Assembly (NCBI RefSeq): GCF_000025945.1
Contig: NC_006138.1
Location: 2,760,001 to 2,792,000 of the forward strand
Reading direction: 5' to 3'
Length of the DNA stretch: 32,000 bases
Origin: Desulfotalea psychrophila LSv54
Lineage (GTDB): Bacteria > Desulfobacterota > Desulfobulbia > Desulfobulbales > Desulfocapsaceae
A program made the position numbers and the translations under genes. Below are positions 25,653 through 32,000 of the stretch, in pieces. Position 1 is the first letter of the stretch. The number at the start of each line of letters is the position of its first letter. Under the pieces are notes generated by a model. That model was given only the letters and a program-made list of their open reading frames with translations, searched no databases and was not told the DNA's origin.

Positions 25653-26945
25653 CTATCTTTCCTGGGACAATCGTTTAACTGCATTCTGGGCAGACCTTCT
25701 AACATCTGCATCGCTGTCAGCTAGAAGAGGAGAAATAATTGCTAACGCACCTGAAGCTTCTTCGCCAAAATAAGCTAATGTGTCTAATGTACCACTACGC
25801 ACTTCCCATGATCTTGATTTTAAAACTTTCCCAAAATATTTAATATATTTATCATCAAAACTTTCCAATTTCACAGCTCTTTTTGCTGATCTTCTGACAT
25901 CAGGATCACTGTCCCCTAAAGCTAAAACTAGCTGAGGGTAGGCATAAACAATAGCCTCATTGCCATATGATATAAATTGATCGATTGATTCCTTTCGAAT
26001 TTTCCATGAATCATGGCTCAAATTCAGTATCAATTGATCTAAAATAATATGTGACAAGCCATTAGCAAGCTTATGTTTTTTACTATCAACAGGCTCACGA
26101 CTACTTCGTCTGGCTTTTGCTATGCCTTGAGAATTTTGACTATATGATGGTTTCTTTGCCTTGCTACTAATATTAGAAAAAGAGAAATCTCCATCAATTG
26201 AGGCCTCATACCAAGGTGATTGCTTACCATTAGTTTGTTTTTTTACCTTCTCTCTTACCTTTTTGAACATCAACTCAACAGGCAAATTTGGATACTTCAT
26301 CAATTCTATCAGGCTACCTGTATATGGACTATTTCTTCCGACACCATCCAAAGCTACCTTACCAGGTGCAGTCGAGTAAGCGATTAAACACCCGTCCGCA
26401 TCAGATACTCTACTCAAGCCATCCCCCATATCTCTTGCAAAAGATTGGAAGGGATTGTTTCTACAAGCATCAAGAATCACAATATTCAGACCATTATTTG
26501 CGTGTTTCATGACGCCTAAAACATATCCTACATCCACAGTTTTATATTTTAAATGATCTGGAGAGGAAATTTTTGGCATTGCCCCAATAGGTATTAAGTA
26601 ATTTCTACCTTCATACTGCACACCATGACCAGAAAAATAAAATAAGCCAACGGTGTCTCCTCTGATCTTTTTTCCAAATTTACGAACAGACTCTTCAAAA
26701 CCCTCCTGATCTGCATTTACTTTGATGATAGTTTCAAACCCTAAGGCTGAGAGAGTTCTAGAAAAATCTTTTGCATCATTAACAGGGTTTTTTAATGATC
26801 GTATCCGATAGTCACTGTTTCCAATAATCAAGGCGATTCTTTTTTGTGCAACAGCTTCATCAGGGTGGGCTGAATTAAAAAATATAACTGAAAATATAGT
26901 TATATATAATAATTTTCTCATTCTAATATTTCTTCTATCATTCAT
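25653..26945 (-). CDS. Exported caspase-family (peptidase C14) protease fused to C-terminal HEAT repeats
   Basis: Signal-like N-terminus (MRKLLYITIFSVIFFNSAHP). RIALIIGNSDY..NPVNDA..LFYFSGHG (catalytic His) and IVILDACRNNPF (catalytic Cys). The C-terminus carries repeated D.D..VR..A..A. HEAT-like units. The start may be the ATG at 26921. Confidence 0.85.
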   Translation of the reverse strand: MNDRRNIRMRKLLYITIFSVIFFNSAHPDEAVAQKRIALIIGNSDYRIRSLKNPVNDAKDFSRTLSALGFETIIKVNADQEGFEESVRKFGKKIRGDTVGLFYFSGHGVQYEGRNYLIPIGAMPKISSPDHLKYKTVDVGYVLGVMKHANNGLNIVILDACRNNPFQSFARDMGDGLSRVSDADGCLIAYSTAPGKVALDGVGRNSPYTGSLIELMKYPNLPVELMFKKVREKVKKQTNGKQSPWYEASIDGDFSFSNISSKAKKPSYSQNSQGIAKARRSSREPVDSKKHKLANGLSHIILDQLILNLSHDSWKIRKESIDQFISYGNEAIVYAYPQLVLALGDSDPDVRRSAKRAVKLESFDDKYIKYFGKVLKSRSWEVRSGTLDTLAYFGEEASGALAIISPLLADSDADVRRSAQNAVKRLSQER

Positions 26946-26974
26946 ATGGCGATTATTATAATTTTTGGGTCAAA

Positions 26975-27155
26975 ACCTAACAGGTTATTATCCGGTTTCC
27001 TGATATCATCCCAAAGCACAATTTGACAAGGATTTCCCAGCCATATTACCTAAGTTTCAGCTTGCCACTTTTGGGCCAGGAGATTTGCAATGTGTTTGAG
27101 CATCCCCCCTCTAACAAGACAGATCAAGACCCTAACAGCAGATCCCCTTCAAGGA
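26975..27155 (-). repeat. Gene-proximal repeat family, copy 1 (immediately 5' of the caspase-HEAT gene)
   Basis: Aligns with 27637-27775 apart from a roughly 40-nt indel. Contains TAACAGGTTA (26977-26986) and the shared core TTTGGGCCAGGAGATTTGCAATGTGTTTGAGCATC. Confidence 0.6.
27062..27077 (-). promoter_or_regulatory. Possible sigma-54 type -24/-12 element inside repeat copy 1
   Basis: The minus strand reads TGGCCC-AAAAG-TGGCA against the consensus TGGCAC-N5-TTGCW. GG and GC are at the correct spacing. Confidence 0.25.
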
Positions 27156-27240
27156 AGGGGCAAGCATCTAACATCACAAATTAAAACACCGGGCCTACAA
27201 ACTTCAACAGTCATGAGGATAGCGCGGCCTTGTTATGCGT

Positions 27241-27621
27241 TTAATTTCTTCCCTCAACAACGTGACAGCCTCTATACATAAATTGCCATTCTTGATTTTG
27301 ATGGCGTCTTTGCACAAATGCTTCATTCCCTTTTTCCCACCACTCCAGTGACTCATTTGAGTATCGTTCACCAGATCCTGATGGCACACCTACTAAGGTG
27401 ATTTCTGGCTCATTTGGCAACTTCAACTTCACAAAATTAAGACTATAATCAGAAAGAGAATAATATTTCACTTGAACCCGTACATTATTTTCACACTGAT
27501 ACTCCTGTACCTCTCCTCTTAACACATTCAATTCGTCATTTTTGAAAGTTGATTTTGAACAGCCAACCAAAATAAAAGCCACACTAAGCAGTAATACCAT
27601 CAGTCCTATTTTCTTTGTCAA
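27241..27621 (-). CDS. MliC-like lipoprotein (membrane-bound lysozyme inhibitor family)
   Basis: AAGGAG SD then a TTG start. Lipobox LVGC. YQCEN..VQVKY..VPSGSGERYSN..LEWWEKGNEAF fits the MliC pattern from memory. Confidence 0.65.
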   Translation of the reverse strand: MTKKIGLMVLLLSVAFILVGCSKSTFKNDELNVLRGEVQEYQCENNVRVQVKYYSLSDYSLNFVKLKLPNEPEITLVGVPSGSGERYSNESLEWWEKGNEAFVQRRHQNQEWQFMYRGCHVVEGRN

Positions 27622-27636
27622 TTACTATCTCCTTGC

Positions 27637-27775
27637 ATAACACGTTACTATCCGATTTTCTGATATCAACCAAGTTTCAGCCTGTCTCATTTGGGCCAGG
27701 GGATTTGCAATGTGTTTGCGCATCTCTCCTCTAACAATAAATATCTGTACACTAACAGCAGAGCCCCTTCAAGAA
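27637..27775 (-). repeat. Gene-proximal repeat family, copy 2 (immediately 5' of the MliC-like gene)
   Basis: TAACACGTTA (27638-27647) sits 17 nt from the start codon. Core TTTGGGCCAGGGGATTTGCAATGTGTTTGCGCATC. Confidence 0.6.
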
Positions 27776-28065
27776 AAAAAGCAATCAGCTAAAACCACAA
27801 CTCAAGCCTGCAAATTTCAGCGTTCAAGTGCCATCTCCCTTTTTACTGTTAAAGATTCAACAAGAGGAGAGCATCCCAATAGCAGGGGAGGATGGCCTTT
27901 TGGGCGGGATAGAGCGGCCAGCCTCTGGATGGTGGCAAGAAAAAGAGACCTACTCCTGCCGCTGATCCAGAAAAGCCCCTTTTACAGATAAAAACAGGCT
28001 ATAATATGAACTAGTTTAAAGTGACCGTCTGCAAAGGTATTTAACGCCCAGGGATAAACTGAAAG

Positions 28066-28119
28066 ATTTTCATCAAAGCAAATTTATTCAGGAAACAACC
28101 AATCGTCGGGAAGCTAACA
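28066..28119 (+). mobile_element. Solo right-end remnant of the IS481-family element
   Basis: ATTTTCATCAAAGCAAATTTATTCAGGAAACAACCAATCGTCGGGAAGCTAACA aligns with the last roughly 60 nt of the IS at 21055-21116. Confidence 0.55.
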
Positions 28120-28248
28120 ATGGGACGCCAGGCGATGGGGGACAGCTCTGGCAGGGTGCGACTGGCAACACCTAATCCGCCGAGTATAAAAGAAATATCA
28201 ATATTAGAGGAATTAACAAGGCGCGCATTGACGTCGTAACCGCATTGA

Positions 28249-28983
28249 ATGGAGAATAGAATGATCCATCTTGATGATCTTAAGGCTTTTGTTCATTTTG
28301 ACCGGGAAAAAAAGGTCGACACGATCCTGCCACTTATAACGACTCTTATTGCCGGTCTCGTTATAATATTATCTATCAGTCCTGAATATTTACGTGAGCT
28401 GAACCCGATCACCCTTTTCCTTTTATCAGTTGCCTGTGCCCTGCCGGTCTGGTCTTTAAACCAGCTTCTATGGTGGCATTTAGGAAGAAAGATATCCAGC
28501 GAACTGGTTGGCAAGATCGTTTATATTTTTGATATTTCAGGGAAAGAGAAAAAAGTACTGTCATTTGCCCTTGGCCAGTTGATGACGGCCCTGGATATCA
28601 TGCGCTTCATCCCTTCGAAAAATATTGCCAACCTGGTAACAGTCCTGACAATATATCTTGCCGCCGCAGTAATTTATTTCACCTCCGGTTCACCGGCCCT
28701 TCTCTATGGGATTATTTTTTTACTGAGCCTAATCATTTGGCTTGGCGGCTGGTACGCCTTGCACAGATCCAGCCGAAAAATCGATGTGAAGCCCCTGAAA
28801 AATGCGTGGGAGCAGTTGAAAGACAACGAAGAGCTCCTGGCCAATATCAACAAACATTTCGAAAAAATTGAAGAGATGGTTCTAGCAAGGGCAAGCCTGC
28901 TTGGAAAAAACAAGGATGAGGTAGAAGCAGAAAGCAGGGAGGAGGCCACTCAAAGGGAAAAAGAAAACGGCGAAGATAACTAG
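28249..28983 (+). CDS. Hypothetical membrane protein (about four TM segments) with an acidic coiled C-terminus
   Basis: Clean ATG ORF with GGAG upstream and hydrophobic segments. No family recognised. Confidence 0.55.
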   Translation: MENRMIHLDDLKAFVHFDREKKVDTILPLITTLIAGLVIILSISPEYLRELNPITLFLLSVACALPVWSLNQLLWWHLGRKISSELVGKIVYIFDISGKEKKVLSFALGQLMTALDIMRFIPSKNIANLVTVLTIYLAAAVIYFTSGSPALLYGIIFLLSLIIWLGGWYALHRSSRKIDVKPLKNAWEQLKDNEELLANINKHFEKIEEMVLARASLLGKNKDEVEAESREEATQREKENGEDN

Positions 28984-29158
28984 TTACCGCTTACGAAGAG
29001 GCTCACAGCTACCTTAAGCGCCCAAGATCTCATCACATTTCGATGTCAGAGAGACAATTCGCGTAAAGTGTCTCTCTTGCCGGCAAAACGGGAGGACATC
29101 GACCACTGAGCACGTTTGCGAGAAGACAGCGAGCCTAGAGCAACAGGGCCAATCAATA

Positions 29159-29770
29159 TCACTTAATTACAATATCATACACATCCAGTAGAGACAGAAC
29201 ATCTGGTAAAGAAAACACTGTCTTTTTCAATTTATTTCCATCTGGATGGATGGAATAATTTGAGGCATATGAAAAATCAGTATATTCCAAATTGGTATTT
29301 ACAAATCGGCTTCCAGTAAAGTCTGAATATCTGCAATTTGATTTCGATAGATTAGTCTCAGCAAAATCAGCCTCTTTAACCATACAGTTAGTCATTTCTG
29401 TTTTTCGTAGGTCTACACCTATAAAGCTACAATAATTGAGCAAACACTGTCTAAATTTTATATTTAAGGGAATCCCGGTATCAGCCCACTGAATTCCAGT
29501 TAACTTTGATTCTTCAAAAGTGACACCAGCAAAGACACTATGCTTTATCAAAATTGAGCTTAAATCACAGTTTTTAAAGCTACAATTTTCAAATCTACAG
29601 GCAAAAAAGATGACTTTGGAAAATTTGCAATTGATAAATGTGCAGTCACTAAACTCAACCTCAGTTAACTTGGTGTTTTGCTGTAACTCTATTTCTGAGA
29701 ATATTTCATCTGCAATGAGATCTATATTCAATATATCGGTTTCATTTTTATTCATTTTGCTTTTCATCAA
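29159..29770 (-). CDS. Pentapeptide-repeat protein (Qnr/MfpA-like size and architecture)
   Basis: Continuous A(D/N)LXX-type repeats (FSDCTFINCKFSKVIFFACRFENCSFKNCDLSS..ADFAETNLSKSNCRYSDFTGSRFVNTNLEYTDFSYA). About 200 aa. Confidence 0.85.
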   Translation of the reverse strand: MMKSKMNKNETDILNIDLIADEIFSEIELQQNTKLTEVEFSDCTFINCKFSKVIFFACRFENCSFKNCDLSSILIKHSVFAGVTFEESKLTGIQWADTGIPLNIKFRQCLLNYCSFIGVDLRKTEMTNCMVKEADFAETNLSKSNCRYSDFTGSRFVNTNLEYTDFSYASNYSIHPDGNKLKKTVFSLPDVLSLLDVYDIVIK

Positions 29771-29789
29771 TCTTATCTATTTTCAGCTT

Positions 29790-29880
29790 CTAACTGTTGG
29801 GGGATCTGATGCAGCCCCCAACAAAACACGCCCACCTCAACACCTTTCCCGTTTGCCTATTTTGGGCCAGGAAATCCGCC
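29790..29880 (-). repeat. Gene-proximal repeat family, copy 3 (5' of the pentapeptide gene, abutting the GH1 stop)
   Basis: CTAACTGTTGGGGGATCTGATGCAG..TTTGCCTATTTTGGGCCAGGAAATCCGCC aligns with copies 1 and 2. Confidence 0.5.
29854..29869 (-). promoter_or_regulatory. Possible sigma-54 type -24/-12 element inside repeat copy 3
   Basis: The minus strand reads TGGCCC-AAAAT-AGGCA. GG/GC spacing is correct, but the -12 region has two mismatches. Confidence 0.2.
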
Positions 29881-29889
29881 CCCACACAC

Positions 29890-31350
29890 CTAGAGAACTG
29901 CGTTGTGCCCAGCAGCCTCTTTGAACCATTTCGCACTCAGTTTTGGCGTACGTTTTTGAGTTTTAAAATTTACGTGCACCAGTCCGAAACGCGTACCAAA
30001 ACCTCCGCTCCATTCCAAATTATCAAATGCGCTCCAGACAAAGTTGCCCTTTATGGGTACGCCCTCAGCGCTTGCTCTCTGTAGCTGTCCCATAGCGTTG
30101 CGCAGGTACATGACGCGATCGGTATCGTAGATATTGCCGTCGGCAGATATCTCGTCGCTGGCAGCACAGCCATTTTCAGTTATGTAAATCGCCTTCGGCT
30201 TCCAGATGGAGTGGGTCAGACGTGGAGCCCAATAAAGAACTTCAGGCGCGAAGGTATGCCAGGGCGAGGACATTTTTGGATGTGATACGCTCATAGGCAC
30301 TTCTTTATAGCCAGATTCATCCTCAGAGGCCATAACGTACATTTTGGGGATGTAAACATTGATACCAACAAAATCTACCGGTGAGCCAATGGCTTGCAGA
30401 TCTTCTTCTGTGAATTTCGGAGCGTCCTTACCTGCCTCTTGCAGGTAGGCATCACTGTATTTTCCGGTCAGCATGACGTCCAAAAAACGGGCATTGAGAC
30501 GACGTGTAGCTAACTCCGCAGCTTTAACATGCTCTGGGCTGTCCATTATTGGTACCCCGCAAAACATTACCTCTGCAGGACCTACTTTAGTACCTTTTTT
30601 TCCCATTGCCCGAATGGCCTGCACCGACAGACCATGGGCCAGCACGGTATGATGGGCAACCTGGTTCAAAGCTTGATTGTCGAGCTTAAGACCCGGAGCC
30701 AGTTCAATATGCACTGGTTTACCTTGAACCACCATATCTACACCACGGTGGCCCATATCTACAATATTTTGAAATTCATTTAGAGTGAAGAAATTTTTCA
30801 CCCTATCACTCAATTTTTCCGCCATATAACCCGCATATTGGGCGAAACATTCAGCTGTTTCGCGTGACTGCCATCCCCCTTTGTCCTGCAGTGCCTGTGG
30901 CAGATCCCAGTGGTAGAGTGTGGCAAAGGGTTGAATGCCAGCATTAAGTAGCTCATCGACAAGACGATTATAAAAATCCAGCCCCTTCGGATTTGCCAGC
31001 CCCGTACCGCTCGGGAAGATGCGAGACCAGGCAATGGAGAACCTGTATCCGGTTGCCCCCATCTCCTTCATTATTTGTACATCTTCCTTATATCGCTGGT
31101 AGTGGTCAATAGCGACATCACCGGTATCATTATTTTTCATCTTTCCCGGTATGTGTGCATAGGTATCCCATATTGACATGCCCTTGCCATCCACTTTAGG
31201 GGAGCCCTCAATCTGATAAGACGCTGTAGCCAGTCCCCAGCAAAAACCGTCTGGAAATTTTGCCAAGTTGGACGCTGATGTAATGAGAGCACCATCATCT
31301 TGGGTCTTTACAGACAGAGTACCTCCAGGAAGAACGGAATTAATAGGCAT
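29890..31350 (-). CDS. Glycoside hydrolase family 1 beta-glucosidase
   Basis: FCWGLATASYQIEG, TLNEF (acid/base Glu) and YITENGCA (nucleophile Glu). AAGGAAAG SD. Confidence 0.92.
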   Translation of the reverse strand: MPINSVLPGGTLSVKTQDDGALITSASNLAKFPDGFCWGLATASYQIEGSPKVDGKGMSIWDTYAHIPGKMKNNDTGDVAIDHYQRYKEDVQIMKEMGATGYRFSIAWSRIFPSGTGLANPKGLDFYNRLVDELLNAGIQPFATLYHWDLPQALQDKGGWQSRETAECFAQYAGYMAEKLSDRVKNFFTLNEFQNIVDMGHRGVDMVVQGKPVHIELAPGLKLDNQALNQVAHHTVLAHGLSVQAIRAMGKKGTKVGPAEVMFCGVPIMDSPEHVKAAELATRRLNARFLDVMLTGKYSDAYLQEAGKDAPKFTEEDLQAIGSPVDFVGINVYIPKMYVMASEDESGYKEVPMSVSHPKMSSPWHTFAPEVLYWAPRLTHSIWKPKAIYITENGCAASDEISADGNIYDTDRVMYLRNAMGQLQRASAEGVPIKGNFVWSAFDNLEWSGGFGTRFGLVHVNFKTQKRTPKLSAKWFKEAAGHNAVL

Positions 31351-31503
31351 ACACTTTCCTTCTTTGAATTGAGTAGTTAGTAATTATTGCCCTTTTCTTA
31401 GGTCTGGTTCTGCAAGACACTGTTTGCAAAGTTATTATTGCATGTCAGGGGACAGAATGCCATTTTTCATAGTGCACAGCACCTCAACACCGGACGGTGA
31501 TCA

Positions 31504-32000
31504 TCAAGTCCTGCGGTATTTCTTTTTTAAGACGCCAACCATCCTTGCCGTCAATGAATTGGAAAGTCGGGCATTATACGAGGCATGATATTGAACCGGC
31601 AAGTCAGCAAGTGACAGATCAACGGGTAACTGAACAGAGGGGTCTTCTTGATTATCTTGAGGACGGCTGGGGTCCATGGACGGAAGATCCTTAAATGGTC
31701 CAACCTCTGTTATATTTTTAAAGTTGGGCAGGAGCGGATTCTGCACGATTTGTTGAGTTGCAATCGCATATTTTCGTGAAATTTCAGCAGGAGTCCCCTT
31801 TTTTACGGCAGGGTCAACATTAACAGCGTCAATTGAGATTGTATCGTCATCAGCAAAAAAGATCTCAAAGTTTCTAAACTGCTGAGGAAAATCACGAAGC
31901 GACGACGTCTCAACCTGCCAAAATCCTCTTTCCGGTTTGGTTACATCATCCGATGTAATTGCCTTGACAGTGTTAAAATGGCGATGACCGGCTATCCACA
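31504..32000 (-). CDS. Metallophosphoesterase, C-terminal part (continues beyond the right window edge)
   Basis: The frame of tracked ORF 31504..31746 stays open to nt 32000 and reads WIAGHRHFNTVKAI..ERGFWQVETSSLRDFPQQFRNFEIFFADDDTISIDAVNVDPAV... It contains the GHxH metallophosphoesterase motif and resembles the TIGR03767/03768-type family from memory. Confidence 0.6.
   Translation of the reverse strand, partial: WIAGHRHFNTVKAITSDDVTKPERGFWQVETSSLRDFPQQFRNFEIFFADDDTISIDAVNVDPAVKKGTPAEISRKYAIATQQIVQNPLLPNFKNITEVGPFKDLPSMDPSRPQDNQEDPSVQLPVDLSLADLPVQYHASYNARLSNSLTARMVGVLKKKYRRT

Noticed and set aside
27090-27991. Plus-strand ORFs 27090..27281 and 27710..27991 with similar N-termini (MCLSIPPLTRQIKTLTADPLQ and MCLRISPLTINICTLTAEPLQ)
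   Set aside because: The similarity stops where the DNA repeat stops. They lie antisense to the promoter-proximal repeat of minus-strand genes. They are most likely repeat-encoded shadows.
23200-30000. Calling the region a bona fide integron
   Set aside because: No intI-type tyrosine recombinase, attI or Pc is present in the window, and only one of the palindromes folds convincingly. I report it as cassette-like only.
1-32000. CRISPR arrays, rRNA or tRNA genes, prophage structural genes, toxin-antitoxin pairs
   Set aside because: I saw no regularly spaced direct repeats, no rRNA- or tRNA-like conserved cores, and no recognisable phage or TA motifs in any frame.

Overview
This is a 32-kb bacterial chromosomal window, about 40-45% GC by eye. 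It carries Gram-negative-type envelope genes (DsbB family, MliC-like lipoprotein); the taxon cannot be determined from the sequence alone. Left 19.5 kb: the 3' end of an ExoIII-family gene (xth) is followed by a class A PBP. A same-strand (minus) cluster then runs 15367->3430: FHA protein, SEDS (RodA/FtsW) polymerase, HExxH peptidase-like protein, class B PBP, zinc-ribbon/FGE-sulfatase protein, a frameshifted membrane coiled-coil gene, a zinc-ribbon/SPFH/coiled-coil protein, a Ser/Thr kinase and a PP2C phosphatase. An FhaA-like (DUF3662+FHA) gene lies 3.2 kb further upstream on the same strand. Repeat-rich DNA separates it from the cluster: two truncated group II intron 5' fragments flank a DsbB-family gene. 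A decayed second copy of the xth 3' end at 19.5-19.8 kb brackets the whole block. Right 12 kb is mosaic and accessory. An IS481-family element with 6-bp target duplication clips a VIT-family gene next to a DUF211 gene. There are two GC-rich (about 60%) hairpin-dense non-coding patches. Three short plus-strand ORFs (DUF2806 and two unknowns) are each followed by an attC-like imperfect palindrome. Minus-strand caspase-HEAT, MliC-like and pentapeptide-repeat genes are each preceded by a copy of a 90-180 nt repeat. The window ends with a solo IS481 end, a membrane protein, a GH1 beta-glucosidase and a partial metallophosphoesterase. I found no rRNA, tRNA or CRISPR array, and no integrase or reverse-transcriptase ORF. 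Six apparent frameshifts, all 1-nt deletions, are confined to small or accessory genes. Domain calls rest on motifs read by eye, not on database searches.
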